Shown here piece by piece: positions 49,273 through 63,106 of a stretch of 64,000 bases of DNA. The translations under genes and the position numbers were made by a program. The stretch is from Negaprion brevirostris. Lineage: Eukaryota. The notes under the pieces were generated by a model, which was not told the DNA's origin, searched no databases, and worked only from the letters and a program-made list of their open reading frames with translations. The DNA is taken from positions 10,685,715 to 10,749,714 of the forward strand of contig JARDVH010000121.1 in assembly GCA_030324005.1 (NCBI GenBank), given 5' to 3'. Every line of letters starts with the position of its first letter. Position 1 is the stretch's first letter.

Positions 49273-52200
49273 AAGGCTACAGTGCATCGATAGGTTTACT
49301 TGGTAAAACCGAATGTCTTCTCGAAAATCCATCAATTAATTACCAATTTTTTTTCTATATAATTTACTAACTAATAGCGATAGAGAGAGAGTGTTATGTG
49401 CACTTGGATCCAAGATTCAGGATTCAGAAACGGATAGGTCAAGGAGCATTGCAGCCTACCTAACAACAGTTCGGATAGGCGTGCTGTTCGTTAGGCAGGA
49501 ATTAACAATGCCAGCTGAAATGGATGTTTAGAAACGGAAAACAGATTGCAAGCTTTTTTCATGTTAAATTCTATCGGCTTGACCGAAGCGGTGCAGACAG
49601 CATGTGATCAATGCATCATTACTCCTTGTGCTCTTCCAGAAAAATGCTAATACCCAACTAGTAAAAGTATTAGTAAGTAATTTGTCGCCAAGTATGGATG
49701 TCAGCGTGTGGGACAGTAGAGTTTTAGGTATTTGGCAGACTTTGAATTTTCAAGCATACTTTTCTTAGACTCCGCACCAGAGTGTTTTTTTTTCTTTTTG
49801 TATGAAATCTATTTCCTCTGATCAATCAGCAGCTAAAGTTCATATTTTATGCTTCTGTAAAGCGCAAACATATAGTGTGTATTTTAAAACAAACAAAAAA
49901 TTGAGGTGAATTGCACATGAAGATTCAATCTAATTGCAATAATACATTGCAGGACCTGTTCTCATTACAGAACAGAAAATGATTCTAAAACAGGAACCTG
50001 TAGAAATCCCGAATGACATGGCCATCAAACCAATATGAGCGTCGCTTAAAACAACCAGGCAACAACTTAACTATATAAGCTTTTCATGCAATTTTCGGTT
50101 CTCCGGGCACAATTCCAGCATTTATTATAACTTTCCAGAGGTGAGAGTATTGATTTGAGAAGAAGTTGTTACGCTGGAATAAACCAATCTTCCATGAAGG
50201 GCAGACATACAATTGTTTTGTTCAGAGCACAGCAGCAAAAGTAAAATGTGGTTGCACCTAACGCATGGTGAAAGACAGCATAAAATATCCATAGGAGAAT
50301 TTCAGAAATCACTAGCAAATTAAATGTAAATATTAATGGAATTTTGTTACCGTAACAATTTCTTGGAACGCGGTCGTGGAGGAAAATTTAAATTATGCTG
50401 TAAAGAACTTTCTCGACTTGTGTCTTCTGAGTCCAGCCAGAAACGTGACATTGCTGGACCTGTGTCGAGCGATAAAGCAGGGCAAATGGACTGAGTTAGT
50501 GCGTGTGAATGTTTGGTTAATTGCTATCATCGTACCATAAGGGTTTAATGCATGACGGAGAACAACAATGATAAAACTAAAGAAGAAATTTAAAACTAAA
50601 AGAGCGCTGTTTTCAGGGGGCTACAAGTGGACCTCACAAGAGTAAAGCAGAGGCAAATATGCTTCGGAAAATCTATTAACGAGGAATTGCCTTCGGAGAA
50701 GAATTTCTGTAGGAAGAATTTGGATAGATCCCTGCACGATCGAAAGTTTTGAAAAATAAATCCAGAATCAATAATTGGCGAGGGAGATAGAAACATAAAA
50801 AATAGGAGATGGAGGAGACCATTCTGTAACATTATCGAGTCGTGCACGTATGCAAAAAGTCCCTCTGTCCCATTAGCAATTTACGCTGTATGTTAGATCT
50901 TTTCGCCGTGTTCTTCCTATCAAATTGAGTCATTTCACACTTTGTTGAATTGAACCTCATTTACCAATACACCAAAATGACAATTTCAGTTAAAAAAAAA
51001 TCTCATAGTTCGCAATGCAGCCCTGATTCTCATTATCCGAAACTTGAAGTTGTGTCCTGTGCGCCAAAGTCTAAGTAATGAACATATTTCACAAATATCA
51101 TGCATCACCACACTCCGAGAGAAAGGCTTGCGAGAAAAAAAAAATCTGGTGGAAAAAACAACACGGTATGTCACTTTTAGAATGAATTAAGGAGAACAGG
51201 AACACGTTTATAAAAATGAGTTGTTTCCTGCGAATCAAAGGGGATCAGTGGATGAAGTCGTAGAAAATGTAAATGGACAGAAGTTGAACTTATATGATTT
51301 TAAGAAAAGCATTCAGCAAAATGAATTAAAAATGCGGTGTAAGAAAATTAAGGATCATAAATTTGGAAGGTCAATGTCAGCTTAAAACGAAAAACTAGCA
51401 CTTAAAGACACAATGCAAGGAACCATAATGAATGGTTAGTTTGTTCACATCATGTATCTATTCGTATGGTTGACAGTTTGTGTTTGATCGTGATTTAGTG
51501 TGTGCATAAGTGTGTGTGCATGCATGCATGCGCGTGCGCGCAGTTGTACATGTGATTTCCATATTGGGATACAGATTTTAAAAGCTGCATCAGTGTCCCG
51601 AAAATACCAATCTACATGACATGAACAGTTGGCAGAACTGACGGCTGAAATATAGCATAGATCTTCAGATCAATCAATTTGACAGACTTGATTGAAAGGG
51701 CAATATACATGAACGGAAAAGTCCTAAAATCTGTGCTTACAGAGGCTGAGTTGATGATATATATTCAGAGATCTTTGAAGTGGCAGCTATTATTGTGANN
51801 NNNNNNNNNNNNNNNNNNNNNNNNNNNNNNNNNNNNNNNNNNNNNNNNNNNNNNNNNNNNNNNNNNNNNNNNNNNNNNNNNNNNNNNNNNNNNNNNNNGC
51901 AGTCAGCAAATCATGTTGGCGATTTGGCTGCACAGAGGAATTGAATGCCAAAGCTAGAAATTTATGGTGAAATTTTCTGCACAGAATTAGCCCAGAATTA
52001 AACGATTGGATCCAGACTTGGTCACTCTGGAAATGCACGAATGTTCCTCTGAAGAGACTTCTGATATTTTCCTAACAAAATTTGCTGCGTCATATTTATC
52101 AATGCTGAACTTCAGTGATCTTGCTCTGCCAAATTTGNNNNNNNNNNTATTTAACATCCCCCAGGAATTGTTTGCCACATTACACAGATTGACTATCCAT

Positions 52201-52544
52201 GCATTTACATATAGTCTTTTCATTTGCAAACTCCAACCAGTTATTGAAAGTTGTAAACACCCGTATTTCAAGCACTAAACGTAGTGGAGTACCTCTCCCC
52301 CATGTGGTCCTCTGAACAGTTAATTCCTGCCCCATTCTGTCTGGCTTGAAGCCAGTTAGCAACTTGCATTGCCTTTTTCCTCGTAAACCCACGTGGTCAG
52401 AATTTCGATCACATAAATTAACGTTGTTTGAAAATACTCCTGCTTAGACTCTCGTTGTCAAAGGGGTTTTGGATAATATGGACCATCTTCCATTCATTGG
52501 GACCGCCTGCGGAAATCAACGAGATGTCAACAAATTATTGAGTT

Positions 52545-52845
52545 CCTTCAATGCAGAAGGAAGATGTATCATCGAGCCCACCCACCCTGTCTCTCCAACA
52601 GAACATCCAGCCAAGATCCAATCCCGCCTTATCCCCATTACTCACGTATGTACCATTCTAATCACTGTAATCTGTGCACCTTGGACACGAAGACCCAACT
52701 TAGCATGGCCACTGGACCTAACCTGCACATCTTTGGACTTTGGGCAGAAATCAGGGCACCCGGAGGATATCCATGCCGGCATGGAGCGAAAGTGCAAACT
52801 CCAGACAGTCAGCCACTTAGGACGGAGCTGAACCGCCGTATGGAA
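52545..52845 (-). mobile_element. Diverged HE1/V-SINE-like SINE
   Basis: cctaacctgcacatctttggactttgggcagaaatcagggcacccggagg. Confidence 0.75.
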
Positions 52846-52859
52846 GCAATTCCATCTGC

Positions 52860-53400
52860 GGTGGAATTGTTACGAGTGTGAAGAACGTTGAAGATCAGGA
52901 CCTCAGACCCAGCAGATGGCTCTTGATCGACAGAGCAGTGGTGGTGCATGCCTTTCTGCAGGACTCGGGTATATCTGCAAAGCACAAAACGCACTCAAAA
53001 CCCTCGAGAAGCAGTACCAGCGCATTCTTCCCAAGGTCAGGAATGTCTATGTACAGAATCGGCGTACTTATTCCGGTTTTTCACTGAGGCCAGCATCCCC
53101 AGCACTGTGGTATTGACAATGCTCAATCAGCTCTGCTAGACATGACAAATCGTTCGCATGCTTCACACAGAACTATCACAGTTGTTACCCGTCTCAGAGC
53201 TTTTGGAGGGTAAATGAGCTGAAAGAAGATAGCAGAAAAACTTCAAGGATACATTCAACTCCCCTTGAAATTGTGCAACATCACAACAGGCACCCGTGAA
53301 TTCGAGTTCCAAGACCATCTACGCTGAAGGAAAAGCAATGAGAAAGAAACCGAGTACTTCATGTTTCATTGCCTAAAACGCCTAAATGACATGCGCGCCT
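52860..53400 (+). mobile_element. Decayed RTE-clade LINE C-terminal fragment
   Basis: LKTLEKQYQRILPK, EASIPSTVVLTMLNQLC and IVRM remnants, typical of the RTE post-RT region. Confidence 0.6.
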
Positions 53401-54234
53401 GCGGGAATCCCAAGTACCTTTTCCTCCGACTATCGGCTTATCTGCGATCGAGAAGGTAGGCTTCGTGCTTGACTCCTCCTTCACCTGAGAATTCATTTTC
53501 ATTGTGGAAAGTCATTCTCGACTTCAAGAGACTGTCTAAGGAAGGGAAAAAGAATCATAGCCGAGTCTCCCTGAAGCAGCATTCAATATGCATGTTTTAT
53601 TATAATGTTCATAATGTTCATTCCAGCTGGAACATCTCTATTTTAATAGCTTACAATAACAGGAGGTTCCCGCAATGATTTTTTTCTTGTACGCATTGGA
53701 GTTGTTTGGATACATGCTACGAGGTTGTCCCCTTTTTCTAGGCAGTCTGTAACTGGCGTCATAGTCTTACACAAAGTTTCTAGCTATTGAATGCTGGAAC
53801 ACGGACAACGTTATTTGCCTGGTGAGTTGTTGCCCCTTCGGAATTCTCCACACAACAGGATTTTGTACTATCTGGCTGTGAAAGAACGACAGATTTCTAT
53901 GTGCTTAAACTATTTAAGTAAATTCGTGATTATGCCGATTTACGCCTAAAGATCACTCTTGGCCGTCTTCAATGATGGATCAGTAACGAAAAGTTGGTTG
54001 TTACGCTTTATTCCGTTGTTCATTTTTTGTTTGTTTGTTTTCGTATTTGTTACCCTCTTATTTGCTTACGATAAACAATCGCGAGGATTATTGATTTTAT
54101 TATTGAAACATGTGGTCATTCGGTCCCATTGTCACAGTGCTGGCTTTCTGAATGAGCCAATCATTTCAAACCACTCCAATTTCTACTCACATTGGACGAA
54201 ATCTCCTTCCTTTTCAGATATAAAGCCAATTGTC

Positions 54235-54660
54235 ACAGATAAACGCAAAATGCTACGGATGCTGGAAAATAAGAGAAAAACAGAAAAATGGTGGAAAATC
54301 TCAGCAGGTCTGCCAGCATCTTTGGAGAGAGAGTAGAGCCAACCTTTTGAGTCTAGAAATGACCCTTCGTCACAGCTGAGAAGAAAGAGAGTCAGCAGAG
54401 CTTTATACAATGTGATTAGGGAGGGGTGTTGGAATTGCACAAAGTGAATATAAATGAGCATGTAGAATGCTGATAAGGTGTTTAAAGTTTCCATTAAGTG
54501 ATCAGAATGGGTTAATGGCAAAACAAAGTTGCAGCTTGGTAATGGACTCTCTATGTAGTATGGTACTTAACCTGAAGAAGGGACGTAGGATGGAAAGAAG
54601 GAGGGTGATAAAATGGAGAATGGGATCAAATGTAAAGTAATCCAATTACCATTTGAATAA
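54235..54660 (-). mobile_element. Penelope-derived fragment sharing an arm with the 25662-25855 palindrome
   Basis: aaaatggtggaaaatctcagcaggtctgccagcatc...gagtctagaaatgacccttcgtca. Confidence 0.65.
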
Positions 54661-55141
54661 ATCGAGTGAACCAAACTTCACCGCGACATTTTTGGAAGAC
54701 ATTTGACCTATTCAACCCTTCACTGCGTGGAAGTTTTTTATTCACATGTCTGCATTGCTGATTTGGTAATTAAATTACACCTGCACACCTTTGTTTTCGA
54801 TTCTTCCACTGGTGGTACAGGACAGTACAGTCGAGCAGTGATTGGCATTGTTGCTTTAGGGCGCCAGGGACCCGCGTTCAATTCTGCCTTCAGCAACTGT
54901 ATGGATTTTGAATGTTGTCGCAGTGAATCTCCTCCTGATGATTCCGTTCTCACTGTAACTTTCCTCCGGATGCTCGTGTCTTCTATAGTCCAAAGGTATA
55001 CGAACTGGCTGGATTAGCCATGCTAAACTGCCTTTCAGCGTCCGAAAATTGTAGATTAGGGGATTTAGCTTTGGATAAAATCTGAGTAGAGCTGTATTGA
55101 AGGGTCTGTGCAGATTCAAAGGACTAAATGGCCCCTCCTTT

Positions 55142-55143
<2 letters not shown>

Positions 55144-55188
<45 letters not shown>

Positions 55189-55210
55189 ATATATATATTT
55201 ATATATACAT
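55144..55210. repeat. (TG)n followed by (TA)n microsatellite
   Basis: Seen directly. Confidence 0.95.
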
Positions 55211-55510
55211 ACCCCCACGCCCTTCCCTCATTGATATTTTTGCATTTGCATCTTCATTTTCTGATGAGACTGCTGTGTGGATATTTCATCACGTGCTATT
55301 ATTTAACTATTGGTTAAACGTTCACGAGTAGTGTAATACCCCCAGTATGACCAGTTCCTTTAGGCCACAAATCATGTTGGCGCTGTCATCATGTTATTCG
55401 GAAGTTCGCTTTTCAATATGCATGGCTTGCTTACTTGAATTTCCTTACTTTGTCCAATTATGCTTTTTTTCTTGTATTTCAAAGTGGTGTCACCCATGTT
55501 TCGTTTTCAG

Positions 55511-55546
55511 AGCTGGAAGCTTTGCAGAAGAAAATTAATGAGTTAG
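55511..55546 (+). CDS. Micro-exon E14, 36 nt, ELEALQKKINEL
   Basis: tgtttcgttttcag|agctggaagctttgcagaagaaaattaatgagttag|gtgagt. Confidence 0.9.
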   Translation, partial: SWKLCRRKLMS

Positions 55547-56327
55547 GTGAGTTGTTGGATCTGTACACTATTGGAAATCATACCTTTCCGTCCAATCACC
55601 CACCACGCAGACTTGGAAACATATCGGCCGTCCCTTCATTGCTGCTGGGTCAATATCCTGCAACTCCCTCCATTGCAGCAATCTGTGTGCGCCTACATCT
55701 TAGGGATTGCATTTCGCGAAGGCATCTCAGCACCAATTTCTCAAGGGTTTGTCAGGATGGACGAAAAATGCTGGTCAACTAGCAAGCCCCACATCCCATC
55801 AATTGCTGTTGCTTTTGGAATGACGACTGCACAGTACGCCATTGTGGCATTGTGTTTTTGTCGGAAAAGAAGGCGACACTCAATTTGTTTCCAGTTACCT
55901 TCATGTTCCCAATACAGTGAGAAAGATCACATATTAGCTAAATAAAATACATTTTGAAGCATGTGACAATGTATTTAATCCCATCTCCATGTCTCAATCA
56001 TTCATCCCTTGATCGTTGAAATCTATAATGAAACCTCGACGAATCTAACGTTAATGCTTCCCCTATAGTGTGTTGCTTGTTATTATTGCGAATTTTTGCA
56101 TTCCTTTATTAGTGACCACACTTAAAAAAGAGCGGCCTCTCATCCACCCTCACGTTAAGCCATTAGCTCCGACCTGACTCGGCGAATGGTGGAACAACTG
56201 GATCAATTTTTTCTTTCGTGGCGCTCAGCAATTTTTAAAGTCATTTGCGAGGCACTTACTTGCGCAGAGGCAGCGAATTCAACGCCATGTCCGATTGAAC
56301 GTACGTCCTTGTTTTACAAATTAACAG

Positions 56328-56345
56328 AAGAAAAGATAAAGGCTG
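56328..56345 (+). CDS. Micro-exon E15, 18 nt, EEKIKA
   Basis: cttgttttacaaattaacag|aagaaaagataaaggctg|gtgaga. Confidence 0.7.
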
Positions 56346-57473
56346 GTGAGAACGTAATTGTAATTTCTTTGAGTCCAGCATACTTACTGTTTGCTTGTAT
56401 ATATTGTTGTTTTCTTTCAACTGCCTTTTTGCTCTCTTCTTTTGGACCCTATCAAAAACACTATGTCGTTGTCAAAAGCAGATTATATTTGAGGAAAACT
56501 TACTTAAAGATTGATATATTGTTGGAAAGTTTTTTTTCAAAGGAGGAGAGTGAAACATACATGTTTGAACAGATGGATGGGTTAAGAATGTTGTACTCAC
56601 GATATATCCAGATATTCACAGGGTTCACTCTGGAATTTCAAATCCAGATCCCTTCCTTATGCTCCCATGAAGTAACTTCCGCCATTTTCTCGACGTCTAC
56701 GAATGCAATTTTATACAGGAACCTACCTCAAAGCGCAAAGACAAACAGACACTTGTACCGCTTAATTTGAGACGTATTATTTGCTGGTTATTATGGTGTG
56801 GCGGGCCAACAATGTCTCAGATCAGAGTTGAGTGTGATCACCCATCCACAGAGGACGCGGGTAACATGCATTGATCTCCTTATTTGAAAATGGAAATTTA
56901 CCATGACTTTTAACCGCAAGCAACAAGGTCAACTCTGATCCTGAAATCTATGGTTTCGAATCACGCTCTGGCGACTTCGGGCAATAATGCAGGTTGACTT
57001 TTCCAGTCCGATACTGCAAAAGGGGTGTTGTGTTCTTGGAGATGTCTTCAATCGGATTTAGCATCGGATTTAGTTTCAGACGACGAATCATTGGGAGTAC
57101 CCTCTGACTTTGATGTTCCTGGTAGCCTGCGCCGATATACAGCTGCAATTGAAACTGCACACTTAAACCAGCTGATTGAGATGCTGTGCTGTTTTCTGAA
57201 TACTGTGATAAGCCGATTGGCTGCCTCTTTTTGGCACATGACACCTGCGTCTGCATTTAAAACAACGAATCCATTGACTGTTATGAGGAGGTTAATGCCA
57301 ATTTATAAAATAGGATTTATGTTAGTTCTTGCCTTCTCGGCCATCAATTTATGCGGTCTCTGTTATTGATATTATTTTCTGACGGTCTGCAACTTGCGCC
57401 CGGAGCAGTGTGAAAATTAAAGTGCCACAATCTGCGCAGTTTAAAAATATTCACGTTTGTATAATTTAAACAG

Positions 57474-57500
57474 ACGAAATAAGTCTTGAGAAAATGAGAG
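57474..57500 (+). CDS. Micro-exon E16, 27 nt, DEISLEKMR
   Basis: tttgtataatttaaacag|acgaaataagtcttgagaaaatgagag|gtatgt. Confidence 0.72.
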
Positions 57501-57719
57501 GTATGTGTTTCTTGTACATTTTCCATGTTTAAATTTCCAATGGAGAGCGAGAGTGATTGATTGTTTCAGAGCAGGAAGGCAGCAATGGAAATAAATGATC
57601 AAAATGTGCAATTGTTGCACGTGCATCTGTTTCTTTTTTTTGTCGATAGTTAAATCCAGACTGCGCTTCTGATCGATAGCAAAGAGCATTTCAATTAAGA
57701 TAAGAACTTCGGCACTTCC

Positions 57720-58025
57720 CAGGGTGGGAATGTTAATTTCTACGGGACGTGCGATTAAGGCAAAAGGAGGAAAGTTTAAAGGAGTTTGAGAGATTTTCTC
57801 TTTTGCGCAGAGTTTGTTAAGTACTTACAACGCAATGTCAGAGGAGATGGTGCAAACAGATACAAATGCAATGTTTAAGAAGCATTTTTTCCAGGTACAT
57901 GAATAAGAGGGAATAGTAGGAATCATATGGAGGCAAAATCTACTTAGTTCAGAGAGGCGTCATTTGCGGGCACAGGTTTGGTGGGCCGCAGGGACTAACC
58001 CTGTCCTCGTGCTCTGTTCTACTAT
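57720..58025 (+). mobile_element. Decayed CR1 3' end; further decayed CR1 pieces at about 51240-51720 and 58500-59180
   Basis: ggaggaaagtttaaaggag...gtgggccgcagggactaaccctgtcctcgtgctctgttcta resembles the CR1 3' region. Confidence 0.55.
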
Positions 58026-60162
58026 CCGTTCGACGGCAGGGCCTGGCGCGTATAGGAATAGGAAAAGCATCTTGACCCGGAAGATTGGGATAGGGGTTAT
58101 GAAACAAAATCTCTACCAGTTTCTCAAAAAATGTGAGTTGCACTCTTACTGTTTTATCCCCTTTCGCTTGGGAAAATCCTTTATATATTATACAAAATTC
58201 CCTTTAGGAAAGTGATATCTGAAGTATGTTGACATACTTTCAAACAAAAAGTTCCCTGCAAACAACAAAGATAAAAATGTAAATATCCCACCAAGGAACA
58301 TTGTGAATTCAATTGTATTCTTCTGGTCATGTTGATGAGGAAAGCAGCTTCCACACCCACTCCATGAATTTCCGTCTTGATCTGAATAGACATCGATTTT
58401 GAGAAATGACTCACCGGTCTGTATAAAAAGAAAATGAGAATCCTGGGTAAGAACGGTTTATCCAAATCGGCATTAAGACAAAATAGCATGACTGAAGACA
58501 GCGAATGCTGGCAAATGTTCATTCTGAAGCTTTATTCGAATGCTACCAAATTTGGAGGAGGGAAAGCAGTGAGAATTGTTCAATTCGTCTTTCATATAAT
58601 ATATAAACTAATAGAGCGGTCGGCAAGCACCAGAAATATAGTCATATAGCAAAGTGCATTTCATGTGTCATGCATTTTGATAGAAGGGATATAGAAAGCA
58701 ACATAACTTTAATCGCAGAGTAGCAGGCAGAAACAAAAGAGCAGGGACATCGATCTGTGAAGATGGCAGAATAGTTTGACAGTAAGTAGCAACGTTAATC
58801 AGCGGTATTGCGCATTAAACAAAGGAATTTATGGTGCACCATTCGAGAAATCTGGCCAGGCCCCAATTGGAGCGTTGTGTCCAGTATCGAGCAGCACATC
58901 GTGGAAGGATGTGAACGTCCTCGAGAATGTGCAAAAGAAAGTCAGAGAGGTTCCAAGGCTGCAGCGCTTTAGTTTAGAGTTAGGTTATAAAAGACGGGAT
59001 TGCATCTGTTTGCAGTAAAGAGTAATGACAGAAGATCCCGTAGGAATACAGGAGATTTTGACGGATGTTGATGAAGTAGAACAGAGAAAATGTTTCCGAT
59101 TGAATGATATCACGTGGGCAAGCAGAAACCGATCTAACAGTACGGCGCGTAACGCAGGGGGATTCAAGGACATTTCAGCCTTCCTTAATCAATGAGTGGT
59201 AATAGGGGTGGGAAAAGAGGAGTGGTGGGCTGGTGATGGACGACTTGTGAATGAAATGATCAGCCCTTAGAGGAACCAACACTGCTAGCCTTTGAGAAGT
59301 TCAAAAGCACTGACCCGATTCATCTGTGGAGAGCCGACATTGACTCAATTGCCTAAATGTCGCTTTTGTCTTGCAAGAAATACCATATCATTTCGGTCAA
59401 CTTCATTTCTACTCTTCTCTGTTTGAAAGAGTAGAATCCGAGTTTTTGTAAACTCTCGAGATGATAGAAGTCTCTTGTCAAGTATTGGAAGTAATCTCGG
59501 ACTCCCGTGTGCGTGTGAATTTTCTCTCCCAGATATACAGTTTTGTAGATTGCCTTCTGCCACAGTGTGGAGTTTTGAAATCGGTTGATATATGTGATCG
59601 CCAACGAATTGCCTGGGTGGATCCCGTCCGATTTTCTTTTCACGAGAATTTAATGGAAAACAATTTGGAATAATGATAATGAATGCATGAACATACTGAA
59701 TCACAGTATCGACAGTGCACAATTGTTTCTTCCCATCAGTCGGTAATGCATTGACAAATGGACGCAGATTTAAGGTTTTAAGAAATATAGGCGCGCATAT
59801 ACACACATATTGAAAAATGACTTTACATTTAATGTATGCATTCTAAAAAAAAGGGTCATGGAGAACGTGTATGGCGGCTGCGTACTATATTCCAATCTCC
59901 AATCCGACTGAAAAATCGGCACTGTCCACAAAAAAAACGTTATAGGTACCAAAATGTGCTGTCTGAGATTCATTTCACCCCTTGAAAATGTGTCAAAAAT
60001 TCAAGTTATGACTGCGTGTGATGCAACGGACTTTTTTCTTTACATTGGTGCTGCTGGTACACTTGTCAGTTGTTAGATCACGATCCAGCAATTAATACGA
60101 CGAAAGGTATACACAAGTAGTAAATTTTCGTAATGGAGTTTTTTTTTCTACTTATTTCACAG

Positions 60163-60198
60163 AGTTAGAGAAAATGAGGGCGGACAGCCTAGCTTTAG
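60163..60198 (+). CDS. Micro-exon E17, 36 nt, ELEKMRADSLAL
   Basis: ttttctacttatttcacag|agttagagaaaatgagggcggacagcctagctttag|gttagt. Confidence 0.85.
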
Positions 60199-62980
60199 GT
60201 TAGTTAACACAGTGGATCCTTGTTCGCGTTTCCAACTCCCACATCCACTCTCCTCCCCACTCCCGCCCCCACTCGCTGCAACATATTCACGTTTTTCCTG
60301 TCTTCTTGATATTGTTTTTATTTTGGTTTCGTTCAGCGGTAAAAGGGGGGCTTGTCTGCAACCTGCATTTAACTCATCGAAATCACCCTCCCGAAATCAA
60401 CAACGTTATGGTGATCACTAATCTTACCATTAATGTCACCATCACCAAAATATTTCAGGCCGCCGTGCCTTAATGGCACGTCTTCAGCTTGCATCCCTGT
60501 TTATTCCTTCGAAAGCGATGTCGTTCAGCGTGCATTTTGTACATTACAATTGTGGACTTTTGATTGTAAAACGATTGCAGATACACTCATCAGGAACAGC
60601 ATCATAATTAACTGCAAATTATTCAGAACTTCTTGTTGCCAGGTTCTGAANNNNNNNNNNAACATATTTATAGATTATGAACTAATTCTGGCCTTGCCAG
60701 AGACTCTCAGATACCAACAATAAATTACAAAAGAAAGTGACGGAACAATGTTTGAAATGTGTGTGGTCCAATTGGAAATCTGTCACGCGAGCATGAATGG
60801 GCTTGAGGAATGGAAGAAAACTAGGTAAATGAAAATGTATGCAGATGAAGTTACATCTGCAACGTTTATAAGTGCAACGATGAGTGGCCAGTAAATTAAT
60901 ACAAACCACGTACTTATATCTGCATTACATTTCGCACGCGGCTGCACACGAGGACTCATCGGATAATTGCAATGCATATGTGGTTGACAATGGCGGAGCA
61001 AGCTGCTGGAAACACAAACTGATTATTGGGCTGTACAAACTGCGGAATTCTCCGATGTGAGCAAGACAGGAGAATTTAGCGCTCAACCAAATCCCCATTC
61101 TTAGAAAAGTCCAAAGAATCACAGCCGCAGATAATGGCATGAAATACTGGTCAAAATTAACTAGTCGAGAAAGAAAAGAATATACTGAGTCTTCATTAAA
61201 CATTCTATTGCCCAGTTGGACGAATATTGGTTTTGAAGTTCCGTCCTCCATCGGTTACATCTGGCTGCACCTTAAAAGAGGCGCTAAGCATCACCAGAAA
61301 CATTATCTCAGGCATTGCACAGGAATTTCCTTGAAAGTTCAAACTTTGGTTGCTAATAATTTTGCACAGAAAGTCATGGATAATGTGATCGAAATTGGCG
61401 ACTTCGATCCAATCACTTAGCAACAGAGTTAGGAAGTGTTACAATGCAGAGGTTGATCTCTGTTTGAGGCATAATGCTGAATCCTCCAAAGAGGAACTGG
61501 TCATCTCATAATCTTTTAAAAGTGTATGGAAAGGTGAACTGTCCTTCAATATTGTTTATTGGTTAACGAATAGAATTACCTGAAACTCACTTTAAAATGA
61601 ACATTTAACTTCTTTAAGGGAACTTTAACTAAACAAGGAACATATCGAATAAGATTCAAGCATAAATTATGTTCAAATAAATGCAATGCCCATTCATTAA
61701 TATAAAAAATGCGATAATGGAAATCAGTCACTCTGAAAAAAATATATACAACCAGCATTTGTGTTTTTTGGAACTTCCTGGAGTATCATGGTTGATTTCA
61801 CTGTGTCTACGTTCTTTCTGATTTGGTACATTTCACTGGTTAGATGGTGCACTGTCTTAAGAGATATCTGAAGCTGGCAGAGTGGAGAGCTGCGGTCTCC
61901 CTCTCGGGACTTGAAACGTGGAATTTGCTATATCTTGTTCCCCCCGCCCCCTTACACTTTATTTTATACCTGTGCTGACATATCAACTTCCCAGTAGTAG
62001 GATTGGCATGATTTTCTCAACATTATCACATTCAAATATTACAGGTTCGTGGTAGCTTTGTGCTTGCTTCAAACTGATTGGGCGATTTAAAAAAAACACA
62101 GATTGTCTTATCAAAGCTATTGTTTGACTTCTGATACAAATGTTTCAGACTGGATTCTGTATGCTTTGCATTTTAATCCTCCAAGCTCTGAAACAAGCAT
62201 TAGTTTTTAAAGGGACTATGCAATGTTTTTCGTGTCTGTCCTCCAGCATTTTCCAATTCTTTACATTTTTTAATGTCGAATTGCAACTTCACAAGTTTAA
62301 ATTAGCCACAGCAGGCAAATTCGGAAGTATTAAAACTCCTTATGAGTAATTATTTCGAAGCGACCACCGAACCAATACCTTCTCCAAACAGTAAGCCCCA
62401 GAGTACTCCAATCCACAGATTGCGTTGTCAACAATACCGCCAACTAATGCGCAATCAGGCACTCGGACTACCCGCCCCATTACATGCAGGATAAACAACA
62501 TACGCAGAGAACTCCTGATCCCAAAAATTACCCCAATGCCATAACAACATCTCACTACTTTTAAGACACCTTCTTCCGAAAACTCTACGCCCCGACTACC
62601 GTATAAATAACAGGCAACGCACCCAACATCGCCAGGACCCGACCAACCGCAAATTACCCTCCATCCACAGCTGCAACTAACTCGTATCCCCTTTCAACAC
62701 CAGACCTGATAGCACGCATAAGATACAGTGGTTTGCGCGCAATTTTCACTCTACTGCACAAGGTAGATTTTGACATTTGCATTGTAGTAACTTCCGGTTT
62801 GAATCTAAGGTTTGAACATAAATATCCTAAACTCGGGTATACCGAAATAATGTATGAACATCTGGTGAAGAGAAGTAAATAATTACTTTAACGGAATCAC
62901 AGGGCCAGAAAAACAAAGCGCGGAAGGAGGCCGGATCTGCCAAATTTAAACGTGTTTACTTTTTTTTCAAATAGTACAAA

Positions 62981-63106
62981 GGGCGGAGTTTTAACGGCAC
63001 GTATGTCCAAGTTTCGTACGATACCGCTCGAGGCCAACGGAGAATGCTGTTCTCCAAGCCCGGCCGGTCCACGGAATCAGACGGCGGTGACGGTAAAATT
63101 CCAGCC
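62981..63106. mobile_element. Short GC-rich MITE-like element with imperfect terminal inverted repeats; similar element at about 10109-10229
   Basis: Starts ggcggagttttaac; the end gtaaaattccagcc reverse-complements to ggctggaattttac. Confidence 0.5.

Noticed and set aside
49640-49672. 33-nt segment with good splice sites (ttccag|...|gtaagt)
   Set aside because: TAA in the phase-1 frame used by all other exons.
53784-53821. ttctag|...|gtgagt candidate exon
   Set aside because: 38 nt, frame-breaking, and the peptide is unlike the array.
56186-56770. Longest gap-free ORF (194 aa)
   Set aside because: No recognisable domain and intron-like composition. It contains micro-exon E15 (EEKIKA) plus flanking intron read-through.
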